Below are positions 25,600-39,227 of a stretch of 64,000 nt of DNA, piece by piece. The position numbers were made by a program, and so were the translations under genes. Numbering within the stretch: position 1 is the first letter of the stretch; each line of letters starts with the position of its first letter. The notes under the pieces are model-generated. The model saw only the letters and a program-made list of their open reading frames with translations. It made no database searches and was not told where the DNA came from. The stretch comes from Iphione sp. A-MEVVRFRX5. Lineage: Eukaryota. The stretch lies in NCBI GenBank assembly GCA_976226885.1, contig OZ320318.1, positions 35,278,001 to 35,342,000 of the forward strand, in the 5' to 3' direction.

Positions 25600-27950
25600 G
25601 GATTACTTAACGAATCAGCAGAGAGACGAGCAAGCAGAGTTAAGATCTATCAGCAATCTGGTAAAAGCTAAGGATATTCCTTCATCTGTACAGGGACGTA
25701 CAGTGTGCCTAGATGGCCGCCCATACCAACATCGAAACCTGCACTTACTACTACAAAGTGACCTGACCTTGGCCAAGTCAAAACAGGTAAACAAGGAAGG
25801 GTGGGTGGTATTCCAAGGCCAACTGTCTAGATTTAGCAATCTGCACCCACTGGCCATTCAGGACGAGAACATGGGAATCTTGTTAGGGGTTTTTGGTCAG
25901 GCATAGACTGCAAAGGGTGATATAAACACAATTGAACTTTGAATTTTATGACGTCTGTAAGGCCAATGTGATGCGCTATGTCTGTGTTTAGGTGTGTAGT
26001 CGAGAGAGGGAGTGCTTTCGATGCGATCCTGTAGGGGGAAGCTACCAGTTTGTCAGGAGAGGTCTGATGCAAGCCACGATTGAAGCCCTCATGAACTGAA
26101 GAGACGGCCAGAGCTACTGGGGGCAATAACAAGGCTCCTGAATGCATAAATACGTACCAGATAGGCCAAAGACATTTTAATCTTACATATATCTGAGATA
26201 TATTATCAACAAATATGAACAATGAGCCGGACTGGAGATATTATTAAGAAGATCCGGTGTCAATTTCCACGTACTATTGTTTTCAGGGGGTGGTTGCTCA
26301 AATTGTTGGAGGCAGTTGAGAGTCTGAACCAGATGATTTCTTCCAAAAATTGGAAAAGAAATCTTAGCTGATGATAGAGTATAGGCAAAGGCCTGTGCAG
26401 TGATGCCCCACATTCATTAATAAGGGACAACTTAAAACCATGGCCAATCGAAGACATTGAGAAAAAAGGGGAAGAATTTCCTCATCTGAAAAACTGTGAA
26501 GCCCTGGTTGTCACCAGAGTGCATGAGCTGTTTGGATGTCAATGGTTCATCATTACTGTATTAGGGATAGACATTTCTAGTGGGTTCAAGGGATTCTTTA
26601 GACATCTTCAATGACATTAGCCTCTGCCTCAATTACCCCTTTTTGTTTTGGTTAATAAATTGATTCAAAGCCTCTTCTGGGTCCAGTTTAGAAATCAATT
26701 GATGGAAGTAGCGAACTGAGAGAAATTATTTTTCAGATCAGCTCTAAAATTCAATATGGCTTGTAAGAGAGGATCCTCCTTGTCTTCTCCTTTTTTATCC
26801 CTGGAGGTAGTCTTGACCTTGAAGGCTCCTTACCCTTTTCAACAACAGGCTTAGATGAGTCGTCACGCTTGGTAGGAAGAGGATAGCCTCCTCTGTGATC
26901 GATTTCGCTGGCATAGATATTGCAAATATATATACCAAGCAGAATAGACACAAAAAGTCACTAAATACCCTTAGGAATGCCAAAATATCAGCACTAGGCA
27001 CCAGATCGGGCTAATCAATCAGAGAGATCAAACATGAAAAGAGATCAATACAACTCTAATGTACGTCATTGTGAGGTTGAACCAGCCAAACCCTGTTTCC
27101 ACGTAAATTCTTTCACGTAAACCTCCATTCAGGTCTCCATTTGGGTCCAAAGGGGAAAAAATAAATAGACATTGATAAAAGCAATAAAATTTGATTGAGG
27201 TATTGATTAAAAATTGATATACTTACTCACAGATCGATTTGATTTCTCAAGGCCCTCCTCAACAGATGCTTACAACTGATGTGCCAATCGATAGGTGACG
27301 CTGCAAGTGGACCCCTCTTTGTGGAATGATCATTAATGAAACTGAATTATAGGGAAGGGGTGGACCACTGAATAAGCATGGAACTAAGTGGGATGAACTT
27401 TTTATGTCATGGGTAGATGTGAAGCTTAACACAAAGGAATACCATTTAATTGCGTATATAGATGTCCAACTAGAGCGGGTGGGAGTACAATACCACCCGC
27501 TCTAGTTGGATGAAACTTAAACTGTTTCATACCAGAATTTGTCATTAAAGTCCAACTTCCGATTATTATCTTTCGTTTAATCCATATTGAAGTCTGACCG
27601 AACAGAAATTCCAGGCCATCCTTAATTTAGTTTTGCCAATATTTGCTCGTTTTTTTCCAGAAAATCAGTCCATTCTCCCACCGGACATCTATACCGTCTT
27701 ACCACATATACAGCGAGCGACAGTAAAATATATGAAGAGAAATTAAGTGACCGCAGTGGCATTGCATTAACAACACCTTGGGGAAAGGGATTACCTGAGC
27801 CAGAATGGGCCGCAGGGAGAGATTATAAAGGATATGACGAGAAGAAATATGCCATGAAATTGAGATGGTTTTACCTGGGATCGGATCCAGGGGCAATCAA
27901 AATGAGACGTGACGTCTGCTATTATATTATCAAAATTGAAAAGAACCTGT
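25600..27950 (-). mobile_element. Highly decayed DIRS/Ngaro element
   Basis: PFWLR*SLS (~27781-27809) resembling PFGLRSSP; ORF 26795-27001 'ILAFLRVF...YIFAIS...LSLLLKRV' resembling a YR N-terminus; motifs are weak. Confidence 0.45.
27465..27510. repeat. Perfect 18-bp inverted repeat, 10-nt loop
   Basis: TCCAACTAGAGCGGGTGG-gagtacaata-CCACCCGCTCTAGTTGGA. Confidence 0.95.
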
Positions 27951-30683
27951 TCCCAATGAGACAAAGATTCAATGTGGGTTTGAAAGCCAAAGCCGGGTAG
28001 GTTCCAGAAGTAGCATTACACATAAGACTAAAGGCAGAGTAGTTACAAGAAGTGGTTAGGTCACCAAAATGTTGAAGGTAAAGAGGAACTTAAGGTGAGA
28101 GAAAGGGTATGTAGACAGATAATTAAAGCATAAAAAAGAACAAAGATTACGACATTAGGAAACTTTGAGCATGATGGGATGAGATATTCACAAGAAGTAG
28201 GAGCTATGGTTGGAAATAGAACCAGGGTAACAAAGCAAATTAAACTGATACAGGGAGGGCAGGGGAAAACAAGGGCTGAGGTAGGAAATATGTTAGGTGA
28301 ATATTTCATCAGCAAAAGAAGTTTTTTTTAATTAAGTTTCTTCTTAGAATTATAGAGAACAATTCCATCTGCTTTTCCCTGGTCTTATATCTTTCTTTCA
28401 TGTTTATCTTCCTGATACTCTAACAAGAATCTTGTTTGCTGCCACCTGAGTTTTCCCATATCATGAGTCTAGCACATTTACGATTGTTTGCAGATTATTA
28501 TAGATTTTGAAGGCAGGAAGTTAATTTATTAGATCAAGCAATCTAAAGATGGTTAACTTGTGTAAAGAATCGACTCTCTCCCTGTATGACTCTGATCTAC
28601 TGAATACAAACACGTTTGATAGACACACCAAAATGCTTTATATCATAAACAGGTTAGCTCAATGATGCACTCGGAGAATTCATCGAAATTGGATACTAAA
28701 TGGAAATATCAGGTAACGCCGTTTTATGCGGAAAATATATTGATTTATTGCTGAGCATACCCACTGATGGTATATTATTGGTCACAGCTCTTACTAATGG
28801 TGATTTGGCTGTGATGAAAACAGAATTGTGCCTACTTCTGGCATATTGCTTTTTTCTATTATGGCGCAGAGAAGAAAGTGTAAAATATGCAGTAATTTGT
28901 GGAATGTTGCAGTCAGCTCACACGTCCGTTGGAAATAATATTGGCTTATCATCATAAAAATGGAGCTGACGAGGAGGAAAGCGTACAAATACAATTGCAC
29001 CACGGCACAGTTACTAGAAGTGATTTGTAATTTTCGTATAGATCTCCCCATAGTCTTACAGTGTGGGCAGAATCTGACTGCTGCTGGTGTCGCTCGGTGA
29101 GAGACTATATGGTCCATAACCGATGTCGTCGGTATATAAGATATCCGCCCATGATTCTTTTGCTTGCAGCCACCGAAAAGGATGATGATTAAACCATAGA
29201 CTGCGAGCCAGACATAATTATAGGCAGTGCAGCACGTATGTTCTGCTATGACTATATCTTATTTGTGTCTTCTACAGACCATATTTGGAAGAATATTACT
29301 GTGGAAACGAGACTTCTGGCCACTGCTGCTACCCTGTGGGTCAGAGTAACATATTCATTACAAGGGAATATACGAAGGGATGCAGACAGTAACAGTAACA
29401 CAGGTGGAGCTGAGCACTTTAACTGCACTTATATGTTGACACGCTTAATGTATATATGTTGACTGATTGATTGACTGATTCGTTATTAGCCATAATCTCA
29501 TACACTAGTAAAGCTTCCCTTGGCTAAAAGAATAAAGGGTGAACAAACTGATAATCTATGAATAGAGATAAATGTAGGAAATTGGTAAAAAGTCCTGGTC
29601 TTAAAGACTCTCGTTCGTCGCATTTGATATCACAGTTGTATATTACATAAACATAATGCCAAAGTATGGTGTGAGACCATTATAGTAGTCCAGAGGCACA
29701 GGTACAGTGAGAGTGGCAAGAGGGGATTGACTCTCCCCTAAAGTTGATACATATTGGTGCTCCTCAGATGCCTACCATCACTACACCTCACTTAATAGAT
29801 GAGAGACTACTCTTATATGTAACAGTACACAATATGCCTGTTGCTGATAATCGGTTGTCGTGGCAATTAACATTCTGATTATTAACTGACCTTTGAAAAA
29901 TATTGTTTGTAGAAGGAAAGATGCGTGTAGGTATTGTTTTAAAAAAAGAAATCTAGGTCTTCGACCTAGCATTCAAATATAAGTATTAGATATATTGAGA
30001 TACTGAAGAAGCATCATATGTAACTAAAAGGTCTCACTTACTATTAGCGCCTCAGGTTTTCGACCTAAGGGAACAAATATAAAGTATTTTCTATTATGGC
30101 AAGGTGCTACTTACAGTCGGGGAGAAAATGACAACATTTATGCCAGTTATCTCAGTAGACTAATTGTATATATCGTAAGCAGTCAATACGATTTACTATT
30201 ACTGGGCACATATAATGGAACAATGCAAAACACGATACAGGTGAATAATATATTTTGTAAATTATCACATAAATTCGTCTACTCATATATTCCCAGTGTA
30301 GGGAATAAATGGGGATCATTATGACACACTATACCTCATCTAGATGTACCAGTTGTGTATGAAATTTAGGTAATAACATTGAACTATTAAAAAACATAAT
30401 AATAATAATAGTAAAATTACACAGTTTTACAGTACCTTGGACAGTCCGTTGCATGGGTACCACCTTGTGACAAAGAGTTCTACACCACACCAGTAGGTTC
30501 AATTATCAGCCTTTTATTCTTCTCAGCTTCAGCACAGCATTCAGCATCAATGCAGGCAAGTCCAATGAGAGCATCGGAACAACTCTCTCATATACTTATT
30601 TCCATTAGACACAAATTAGACATCATTAATAAAAGGCTTGATGAAGGGCATGATGACGATGCACTAGGCATGAGAAAGTAAAT

Positions 30684-30910
30684 GGGGGTAGGGGAGTTAC
30701 AGGCGGGGGTTGGGTGGGGGAAGTAGTGGGATTGGGGAGGAATATTGTAGTTTCTACCTGGAAGTTGAAGTAAGGCATGGGGGGGGGGGGGTTAAAGAAG
30801 GTGGAAGACAGGAGTAGCAGTAAGGGAAGGGGGGTGGGGAGTTGGCAAAGGGGGAGTTTTATGTGTCTGGCAGAGGCAAACTAGCCAGTCGCACACCCAC
30901 GGTGGGGGAG
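30684..30910 (+). other. G-rich tract with G-quadruplex potential
   Basis: More than 10 runs of 3-12 G with short spacers. Confidence 0.7.
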
Positions 30911-31048
30911 GCCTCGATTCTTGGGCAGCTATCCATGCACTGCCCACCCATACTGGGCCAGAGGATAATTTGCATTAAGTGCATGTAGCTCAACGTTGAG
31001 TATTTCAAGGTTGGTGTTATAAAGGTGTGGCTTCAGGGCACAGCATCC

Positions 31049-32870
31049 TTAATCAGTGAGCGTCAGTATGCATCTGAATTTTGTAGCCTCTGGCAAAGCA
31101 TTCCAGTATTGTACAGCATGGTACCTCAGACTGGAAGCATACTTCACTGATCTTAGTTTGGAGACCTCAGCATGCCACCCACAGCCCCTCCTTGTGTTGC
31201 ACTTCTCAGACATTGGAAGCAGGCGCAGGTGAATTAGCCGATGTACAACCCCCAAGGCTTTCTTCCTCAAAAGTGTATCTACGGCCCAGCATAACAGAGT
31301 TGCACTGTCCTTGCTGACAAGAGTTTGCCATCCTGAACTGCCACGCAAGTGCATCTATTTAGATGCAGCTGCAAGTTGATACATAGGGACAGGGTGAGAG
31401 CAAACAGGGCAAAAGCATAATAATTTAAGTGTAACACAACGGGGTCTTGAAAGAGAACAAGTCTTGCTGAAGTCAGTAGGTTCCTCTTCACTCTTCCAAA
31501 CTTCACTTCACTAGCCCAAATTTTCTTTTTCAACGCAATTAAATCAATTTGCATCGTCAACTTTGGGTCCAGCTGGTATCCCAGGATGTTTACCACAGAC
31601 AAGTGTTTCAAGTTTTCTTCACCAATTTTAAGATCCAGGATGACATCACCTGCTCTACCCAGTGTCATGTAGAAGCATTTGGTTATGATTAGAACAAGCT
31701 TTTCTCGAGTGCACCAGTCCGATACTGCAGTTTGGAGCTTCTGGGACTCAGCCTACAGCCATCTTAGGTCATGCGCAGTTACGATTATAGAGAGGTCATC
31801 CACATATAACACCGCACTCGCTGACATAGAGAGATGACCTACGACTGTATTCACCACCATAAGGAAGGCAGCAGGCCCAAAAATGGAGCCTTGATGCACA
31901 CCTTGGTTGAGTTCAAAAGCACGTTGAGGTGCACCCTCTGCACCTGACGAACTGAATCTGATTTTCCAGATGGCCAGAGACCATCCCCTGAGTTTCGGGC
32001 TAGCACCAAAAGCTTTCAAGCTGACCCAAGGTACCATTGTGGGGGATCAAGTCAAATGCTTTCCGGAGGTCGAAGGTAATCAAGCTGCAATATTGCTTCA
32101 TGCTCAGCTGGTTGAGAGCCATACACAATAGATCCACCAGGGCCGTTTCTGCACCAAGTTGTTTGGAGAATCCATGTTGATGAGCATTCAGTACTCCTCT
32201 CTCTTCCAGCATTTTAGTAATTTTGGCAGCAAACCAGGTCTCCTTTATTTTTCCTGGAAAGGGCAGGATAGACACTGGTCTATAATTACCAAGCACTTGT
32301 CTATCACCACCCTGGCCTTTTTCCACCCTTGAGGGTAGATTCCTGAGTCATAGATCTTCTCAAACAACCATGAGATGAAGTCTGGCAGAAGCATTAGCAG
32401 CAGCTTGAGTATCCGAGTCAGGACCCCTTCAATCCCAGATGATTTCATTAGGCATTGTTTCTTAATCGGAGGGAGCACCTGCATTGGACTAGGAGGCTGT
32501 AACTCAAAGCGTCCCTGCGGTGCAGGGATTAACTCGGATGACCGGCTCACTTTCCACCTTGTTGCTGGCACTAGTTTAGTGACTTCCTTGACAAAGTAGT
32601 TGCTGAACACCTGTGCTGTGGTGATATCAGGAAACATCTCTGGCATAGTTTTGGCCCGACTGTCTTGGCCTATGACAGCACCTATTGTTTGCCAGATCTT
32701 GACCATGTCTCCCTTTGCTTCGTGTAATCTGTCTGTACTCCTTTCTTTCTCTCTGCAGGGCGTATCTTTCTTATTCAGATACTGGAAGATCCTGTGGTCA
32801 TCTTTCTTTCAATGTCTCTCAGAGGCCACCCTTGAATCTTGACCAGGCTTCAAACATTAAGGTATAACTC
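31049..32870 (-). mobile_element. Degenerate CR1/L2-group LINE ORF2 (linker, RT, C-terminus)
   Basis: GWKKARV, NYRPVSILP, HQHGFS, FDLRKAFDLIPH, GVHQGSIFGP, YVDD, LGYQLD, YHAVQYWNALP. Confidence 0.9.
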
Positions 32871-33870
32871 AAACCTTTGGTAGTACTGCCTAACTCTATC
32901 ATGTAACTCAATCAGCATTCTCCGCAGAACAATACATAGTTTCTACTACTACCAATGTTCCCATCCAACATCTTTTGTCCAAATATAGAAAGTAGGGTGA
33001 TATTCTGGAGCCGATGAAAACCCAGAGTGACGGACTTACGGGATTAACTAATAAGTAAAAGGGTAACTTAAAATCAGCCTATGTGAGCTATGAGCAACCA
33101 CACCAATAATGTGGTGGTTCAATGGGAAAATGGGCCTCGCACTAAATTTTCCTAGATTACAGAAACAATGAGAGATTTTGATCGAGCAATTATGGGGAGT
33201 GACTCTTCATCATTGTAAAGTCGGTTTTTTGTGCTGGTTCTCTATAATTCGTAACACCACTTCTATGCTGGTGACAATGAATTTAGCTTTGTACAATGAG
33301 ATGGATAGATAGGTAGACAGACAGAAAGTATCCTAAATACACCCGTTAATGTTGTCAATGGTAATTCTTCTTTCTATGTGATAGCGAATTCTGTGTATCC
33401 TAAGTTAGAATCAACAGAACAGTTACATTTATATATTCCAAATCAACATAGCGCGCGTTTTGTTTCATCCAACTCTATGTGAAGCTCATATTTATAATTC
33501 ATCGCGAATATTTTCAGTTTTGGTTAAACAATACATATATGTAGTTACTGCATAGTTCGCCTAATCCCCAAAACGAACCTCAATTAATCACTCAAGCAAC
33601 AGTTTGACATTTAAACAGATTCGGGACTGTAAAGGGGGGAACCGGATAATGTACTTATATTCCACACACGTCGTGTAGGCAGAATGTTTTCCATAAAGGA
33701 TTGAGTAGTTACATGGAATAAGCTGCTTCACTGCAAGTACTTAACATGCAGTGAACGTCTGGTCCAGCAGTTTCTTTTAGGACTGCTTTCCTGGCCTGAA
33801 GGCACAGCCAGTGCACGCTACAATTAGTCTACAGACTTCTACATTCCCATTTCTGTGACTTACCGCCATA

Positions 33871-34300
33871 TTATGATTCTTTTAGAAAAATATCTTTTAG
33901 TTCCACAGGATGTACAATATCTCCGATAACATGGCAAATTTGCATCGATGGAGTGAACATGGACCTAAACGGCAGAGATGTCGGCCCCCTTTCGTGGCCT
34001 CTTTCATGGCCTCGAAGCGACGTTATTACTTCCAGAGGATGAAAGGAACTCATCTCTTCAAAAGAAATAGTGCGCGATGATTTGAAGTAGACATAAAGGC
34101 AACAAGATCCCTCCATTGTCGTCCGTTTAGCGCAGCAGCAAAGTCGAGCTGAAAGCCATTAGACCCACGCCGAGGAGACAGCGAACGCAGCCAGTACGTG
34201 TGTAAGAGATCTGTATCACAGATAAATCGAAGATGAAGGGAAGTTTCAAGAAATCCACGCACTCAGAATCCACGTAGCAAGCATGTTGTTAACCCATATA
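33871..34300 (-). mobile_element. APE endonuclease remnant of a LINE, possibly the 5' part of 31049-32870
   Basis: 'LETSL..ICDTDLL...SPRRGS' then 'GSCCLYVYFK...LEVI' resemble ETWL...DR..GGG.Y...E motifs; weak. Confidence 0.45.
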
Positions 34301-34394
34301 CTGCACGGACATGGATGAGTGCATTTACGTTGTGTTCAGTTGCTCTGCCTAAATTCGCCAGGGTAGGGGTCTAGTACTGCTTGGGCAGGCTTCT

Positions 34395-34865
34395 GTAGAG
34401 GTGTCTGTAACCTGTTGTGTGTCTACTGTTACCTGTTGTGTGTCCCCTGTAACCTGTAGAGGTGTCTGTTACCTGTTGTATGTCCCCTGTAACTTTCTGT
34501 AGGGGTGTCTTTTACCTGTTCTGTGTCCCCTGTAACCCACTATAAAGGTGTCTGTAACCTGTTGTGTGCCTACTGTAACCTTCTGTAGAGGTGTCTGTAA
34601 CCTGTTGTGTGTCTACTGTAACCCTCTGTAGAGGTGTCTTTTATCTGTTGTGTGCCTACTGTAACCTTCTGTAGAGATGTCTGTAACCTGTTGTATGTCC
34701 CCTGTAACCCTCTGTAGGGGTGTGTGTTACCTGTTGTGTGTCCCCTGTAACCTATAGAGGTGTCTGTTACCTGTTGTATGTCCCCTGTGACCTTCTGTAG
34801 GGGTTTCTTTTACTTGTTCTGTATCCCCTGTAACCCACTGTAAAGGTGTCTGTAGCCTGTTGTGT
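34395..34865. repeat. Minisatellite, ~42-bp imperfect unit
   Basis: CTGTAACCTGTTGTGTGTCCCCTGTAACCTTCTGTAGAGGTGT-like unit repeated ~10 times. Confidence 0.9.
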
Positions 34866-34905
34866 GTGTGTGTGAGAGAGAGAGGGAGGGGCCTTGCTTT
34901 AAGTG

Positions 34906-35035
34906 AGATACATAATCTCGGGAGTGGCTGTACGTGACACATTCCCACAGTGGGGATATACACACTCGGCTCCGCCTCGTGCTAATCCCCACTGTGGGAA
35001 TATATCACGTACAGCCACTCCCTCGTTATGTATCT
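34906..35035. mobile_element. 130-bp fold-back MITE
   Basis: Arms 34906-34957 and 34985-35035 are near-perfect inverted repeats around a 27-nt loop; TA flanks a 120-bp core (34911-35030). Confidence 0.8.
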
Positions 35036-35469
35036 AACACATACGAGAACACCTTATATGTGTCCCCTACACATTAATTCTCGAGCGCTAGCAAGAGCTT
35101 TTCTTGACATACATCGTGGTATAACAGAAATCATCACATTACTGCTATCCAGTCTGCCGGAGGCAATATGTAAATGTCAAATTTATATAACAAGAAGAAC
35201 GCACATAGAGGGAATGTCATAGGTGAAGTGGATGTACATGTAAATGAAACAACCGAGAAAACAAGAAGCTCTTTTGTAACTCAGTACGTTTTGCTTCAAG
35301 CAGGTAAAGGAAGTCGAAACGATAGATAATAGCAGATATGTACTTGATTTGATTTATTCATGTCTCAGCATTACAGTAGCGACTTCTTCCCATGAATAGA
35401 GGAACATCTAAGGAAAAGTAGTAAGATTATTAGTAAGTGGTGATCACAATAACATATGACAGTCAAGTA

Positions 35470-35644
35470 TAGTCTTGACTTGTAAACCGGATACCGAACA
35501 ACCAGAATTCACTGTTATCCGGATGAATTTTGAGGGAAACACATGTTGATTTTTCTGTTATTCCATGTTTAAATTATCTGGATTTTTCATTATCTGGATG
35601 ATTTTACAGGGAACAGAGGGGGTCCGGTTAACGAGTCACAGCTG
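35470..35644. mobile_element. Tc1/pogo(Tigger)-type MITE
   Basis: TA|TAGTCTTGACTTGTAAACCGGA ... TCCGGTTAACGAGTCACAGCTG|TA; TA flanks on both sides. Confidence 0.65.
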
Positions 35645-35659
35645 TATATCATTTTTACT

Positions 35660-37990
35660 GAAATCTCTTGCTCAATCTACATCTAAATATTGTAGGATTC
35701 AAACAGGACCTCATTTCTACTGGAAGGGAGTTCCACTCTTGGATAATGTGGTATCAGAATGACTTCGTTATCAGTTCTAGACGTGGCTTTGGTATGTGCA
35801 CCTGCGGAGTGATGCTCCTTCAGGTCCTTCTACAGCCTCTCTTTGAACACAGATCCTCAGCCTGAACAAAGTATCGATAAGGTATAAACATAGTACATGG
35901 AGCATTCTGTTACTGATTTGAGATATAGCTTCCCTTTAGTGACAGTTACGCTCAGACCTCTTCCCGGGTGCATGATCAAATATCATATACCAAGTTTTAG
36001 CGGATTCTTTGGTACCCATCCAGCAATATCCTTTAGGGCACCCCGTCGTTTGTGCCGTAGTGACATCACGTTACTAGCACTGCAATAGATGACTGCATCT
36101 TCTGTATGGAGGAATCCTCGTGTCACTACTAGAATATCCACGATGTCGTTGATCAAGATGGGAATATTAAGGGTCAGTTATGCTTCCTTGTGGGACAAGG
36201 TAAGCTAATTCTTGCAAACTCAAATCAAATCCATTACATCTTACCTTCTGAGACCACCCTGTTAGATAGGATCAGAGCCGGTTTATGGTCGAGTCACAAA
36301 TACTTATTTGGCTAATCTCCTGAAGTACAACTTTGTGGTTTACTGTGTGGATCACCTAAGTCATGTCAACAAATATAGCACTGAAGTGGAAATCACTGTT
36401 AATTGCATCATGACGCTGCACCCAGCCCTACCACTATGCTGTTGCTGTGAGAAGAATGACCTCATTTTCAAAAAAGTAGTTATACCATTTTTTCAACCAT
36501 CTTACCTACTGCAGGCAAAATCGCTCTGGGTCGATAGGCACCCTTGTCCTTAGTCTCCTTTTTTGAATAAGGGTTTAATTCCCGTCACCCTCCATGCCAG
36601 AGGGAGGAACGACTTGTCCAAAGATAAGTTTATATCCCTCAGCTATTCTATCCAAATAATACATGCATCTGTGAAAAAAACGCATCAGGATGGCATGAAA
36701 CCCACTTCGTTTTGAGGCGTTCAGCTGGCAGACCACTCGATGAACCTCAGCTGCAGTTACCGGTATCAAGGCCCGGGAATATTCAGTGACAGCATCCTTG
36801 CTAGGTGCAAGGATACAGTGGTCCATTTAACTCGATCTCAGTAGCCTTACAGACCGACTGGTTATTAAATACATTTGCTGCATCTGCTGCATCTACAATA
36901 ATTCCATTCTCTTTTAGCGGGATTGGGACTTCAGTGTTATTTTTTCGATAAAATTGTAGAGTTAATAAAAATCCAATATGGCTTAGGCAAAGAACACTTA
37001 AAGATGGTTTTGGAACAGCAGTTCTTTTTTTTAGGTGTTAAAATACAGAATTCGGATTTGTAAAACATGGCCATATGGTAATCATCAATGTTAACCTCCT
37101 GAATTCCTGAAGGGAAATATTACTGGTTCTTCTTTTTCTCTACGAGTTTCAGGTGCCATGCACCTAAATCGTTTGTTTATAACCTTGCCCTTTCTAGGAC
37201 ATACAGGGCTTGCAGCGGATCCCAGACGTAGCTGTAGAACAGTCGAGGCTGCTGCTGAATCTCCATCGCTGATACGATCATCTGTGAATAACTGTTGACT
37301 CATTAGACTGTCGTAGTTGGAGCAGTCTCTACCATTGCGTGTTCTTGAGACTCGTTTATTGTTCTCCTTTCTGTTACAGATATATATTATCAAGTGGTCA
37401 CTCCTAAAATTGACAATAACACCTGAAGCTGTTATGTAGATCATGTTGGAGAAAATTAGGTCCACAGTACACGTATTCGTTGGGTAATTGATAGTCACGT
37501 CGTGTATGAACTGAGTTAGGCCCAAAGCCAACATGTCATTTTGAAAGTTTTGAAGTCCTATCCCCTCTCCACCTCCTGTACTATTATCAGCCTTGCTGCT
37601 GTTCACCTCTGATAGCACACCGTATAAGGCAGTGTGGAAGCATTCTAATGAGCCAGCAGGTGGACTTTGGACCGTACTATGGACCAGTCTTCCTATTATT
37701 TGGAGTTATCTCAAGCTACAGACATTCAATGTCGCCACTCATAATTGATAAATTGGTGAACACCTGTACATTTAAGTCTTTTCGGGAACATAGGTTATGA
37801 TGCCCCCACCATGGTTTTTAGAAGTACCTGACTGGTTTTGCCTGAAAAGTCTATAACCTGCCTTTTCCAATTTATCATTAATGTAGCACCCTTTTAAGCC
37901 ACTCTCTGTAATTCTGAAAGTGCATGGTAGATTTTCAGACAGATAATCATGGACTAAGTCCAATTTTGAAATTTTCTACCGGCATTCCAG
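35660..37990 (-). mobile_element. Degenerate CR1/L2-group LINE ORF2 (APE+RT+C-term), related to 19655-22685
   Basis: ITES...GYRLFR...GGG, SDH, YRPRAILP, AIFVD, SYLTG, VPQGS, INDI, KPRLELITKSF...QEWNSLP. Confidence 0.85.
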
Positions 37991-38592
37991 AAATGTAAAC
38001 TGCGCAATGCATACTTGGTATGTTCCTCACAGTGTGTTCCTCACAAGGATTCTAGACAATGTCTGCTACATAGAACTGTATCAGTGAGATATGAAAAGGT
38101 TAGGTACTGCCATATGGCAGTAGCAGGGTAGTTCCACTGATATACAGGTGGAGCCAGTTCCTGTTGTACTATATAAAGTGCTCGCCTGACCCCTACCTGC
38201 CTCTCAGTTCATGTTGCTGGTGAATTCTTGATTGTAGCTTACTGTAATTTGAGTATTTAGATCATCTTTTTGTTTATCCTTTCAATAAAGTTATCTCCCC
38301 AAGTGTCATATGTGTGTTGATATTCCAACTTGGTAAATCCTCCTATGGCAATTTAATCCCTGATTTAGTAATCCTTACTTGATAATCAAATATTTGTTTC
38401 CAATAGTCTAACCCTAAAGCAATTCCAAGTGGATATGTGTTCTTAGCATTCCCAGAAGAGACAAGTGCCTTAACGTAATCCAAATGCACACTGACTTTAT
38501 TTGTCATGCAGGGTGCTTATTTATAGGCAGCAAGCAGTCACATGACTATACACAGTAGGCAACACAGTATCCTTTCTTGGAATAATTTTGCT

Positions 38593-38828
38593 ACACTTGT
38601 CCTACTTACAGGCTATTAATAGCATGCTCAGGGTTCACCAAGTACACCACAATGCATAACCCTTGGCGGTGCTCTCAAGCTTCCGGTTCCAGAGGCACAC
38701 TCTTATACTAAATGGCTGGTGGCACCAACAACATTCCCTGCTTACAGGCTATAAATAGCACACTTGTCCTACTTACAGGCTATTAATAGCACACTCAGGA
38801 TTCACCACGTACATCACAGTGCATAACC
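38593..38828 (+). repeat. Direct repeat pair (~69 bp, 167-bp spacing)
   Basis: ACACTTGTCCTACTTACAGGCTATTAATAGCA...GCATAACC at 38593 and 38760; partial third copy at 38741. Confidence 0.85.
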
Positions 38829-39227
38829 ATCGATGGTACCACTAATCTTACTGCTTTGGAAGCACATTCCTACTCTACTTCGCCAACACCTAGGGCACTT
38901 AGATTCATCAAGTATAACATAGTGCAGAAATTTAAGCAGTGTTGCTTCTACACCACCGACCCTCATTACACATAACTGATTGCCCTGGTCTGGCATGGTT
39001 CTCATTAGCTCTGGCATGAAAGCAAATATTACCAAGATGTCAAATGCTTTCAAAGAAATCCTTTTTAACATAAAAGCTATCAAGTCCCGCCTTGACAAGA
39101 GTGAGGCCCACTATGAGAGGGAAAACGACTCCAAACCAGCAGCCACAACTCTCAGGCAAGGCGACTGATTATTATGGGCATTACCACCAGGGTTTGTAGC
39201 CTTCAGCCCAATTCAGATCCCATCGAC

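Noticed and set aside
28700-29117. Overlapping ORFs 28700-28957 (+) and 28794-29117 (-)
   Set aside because: No motifs or splice support; cannot be distinguished from chance ORFs
34395-34865. CRISPR-like array
   Set aside because: No unique spacers; degenerate tandem units in eukaryotic DNA
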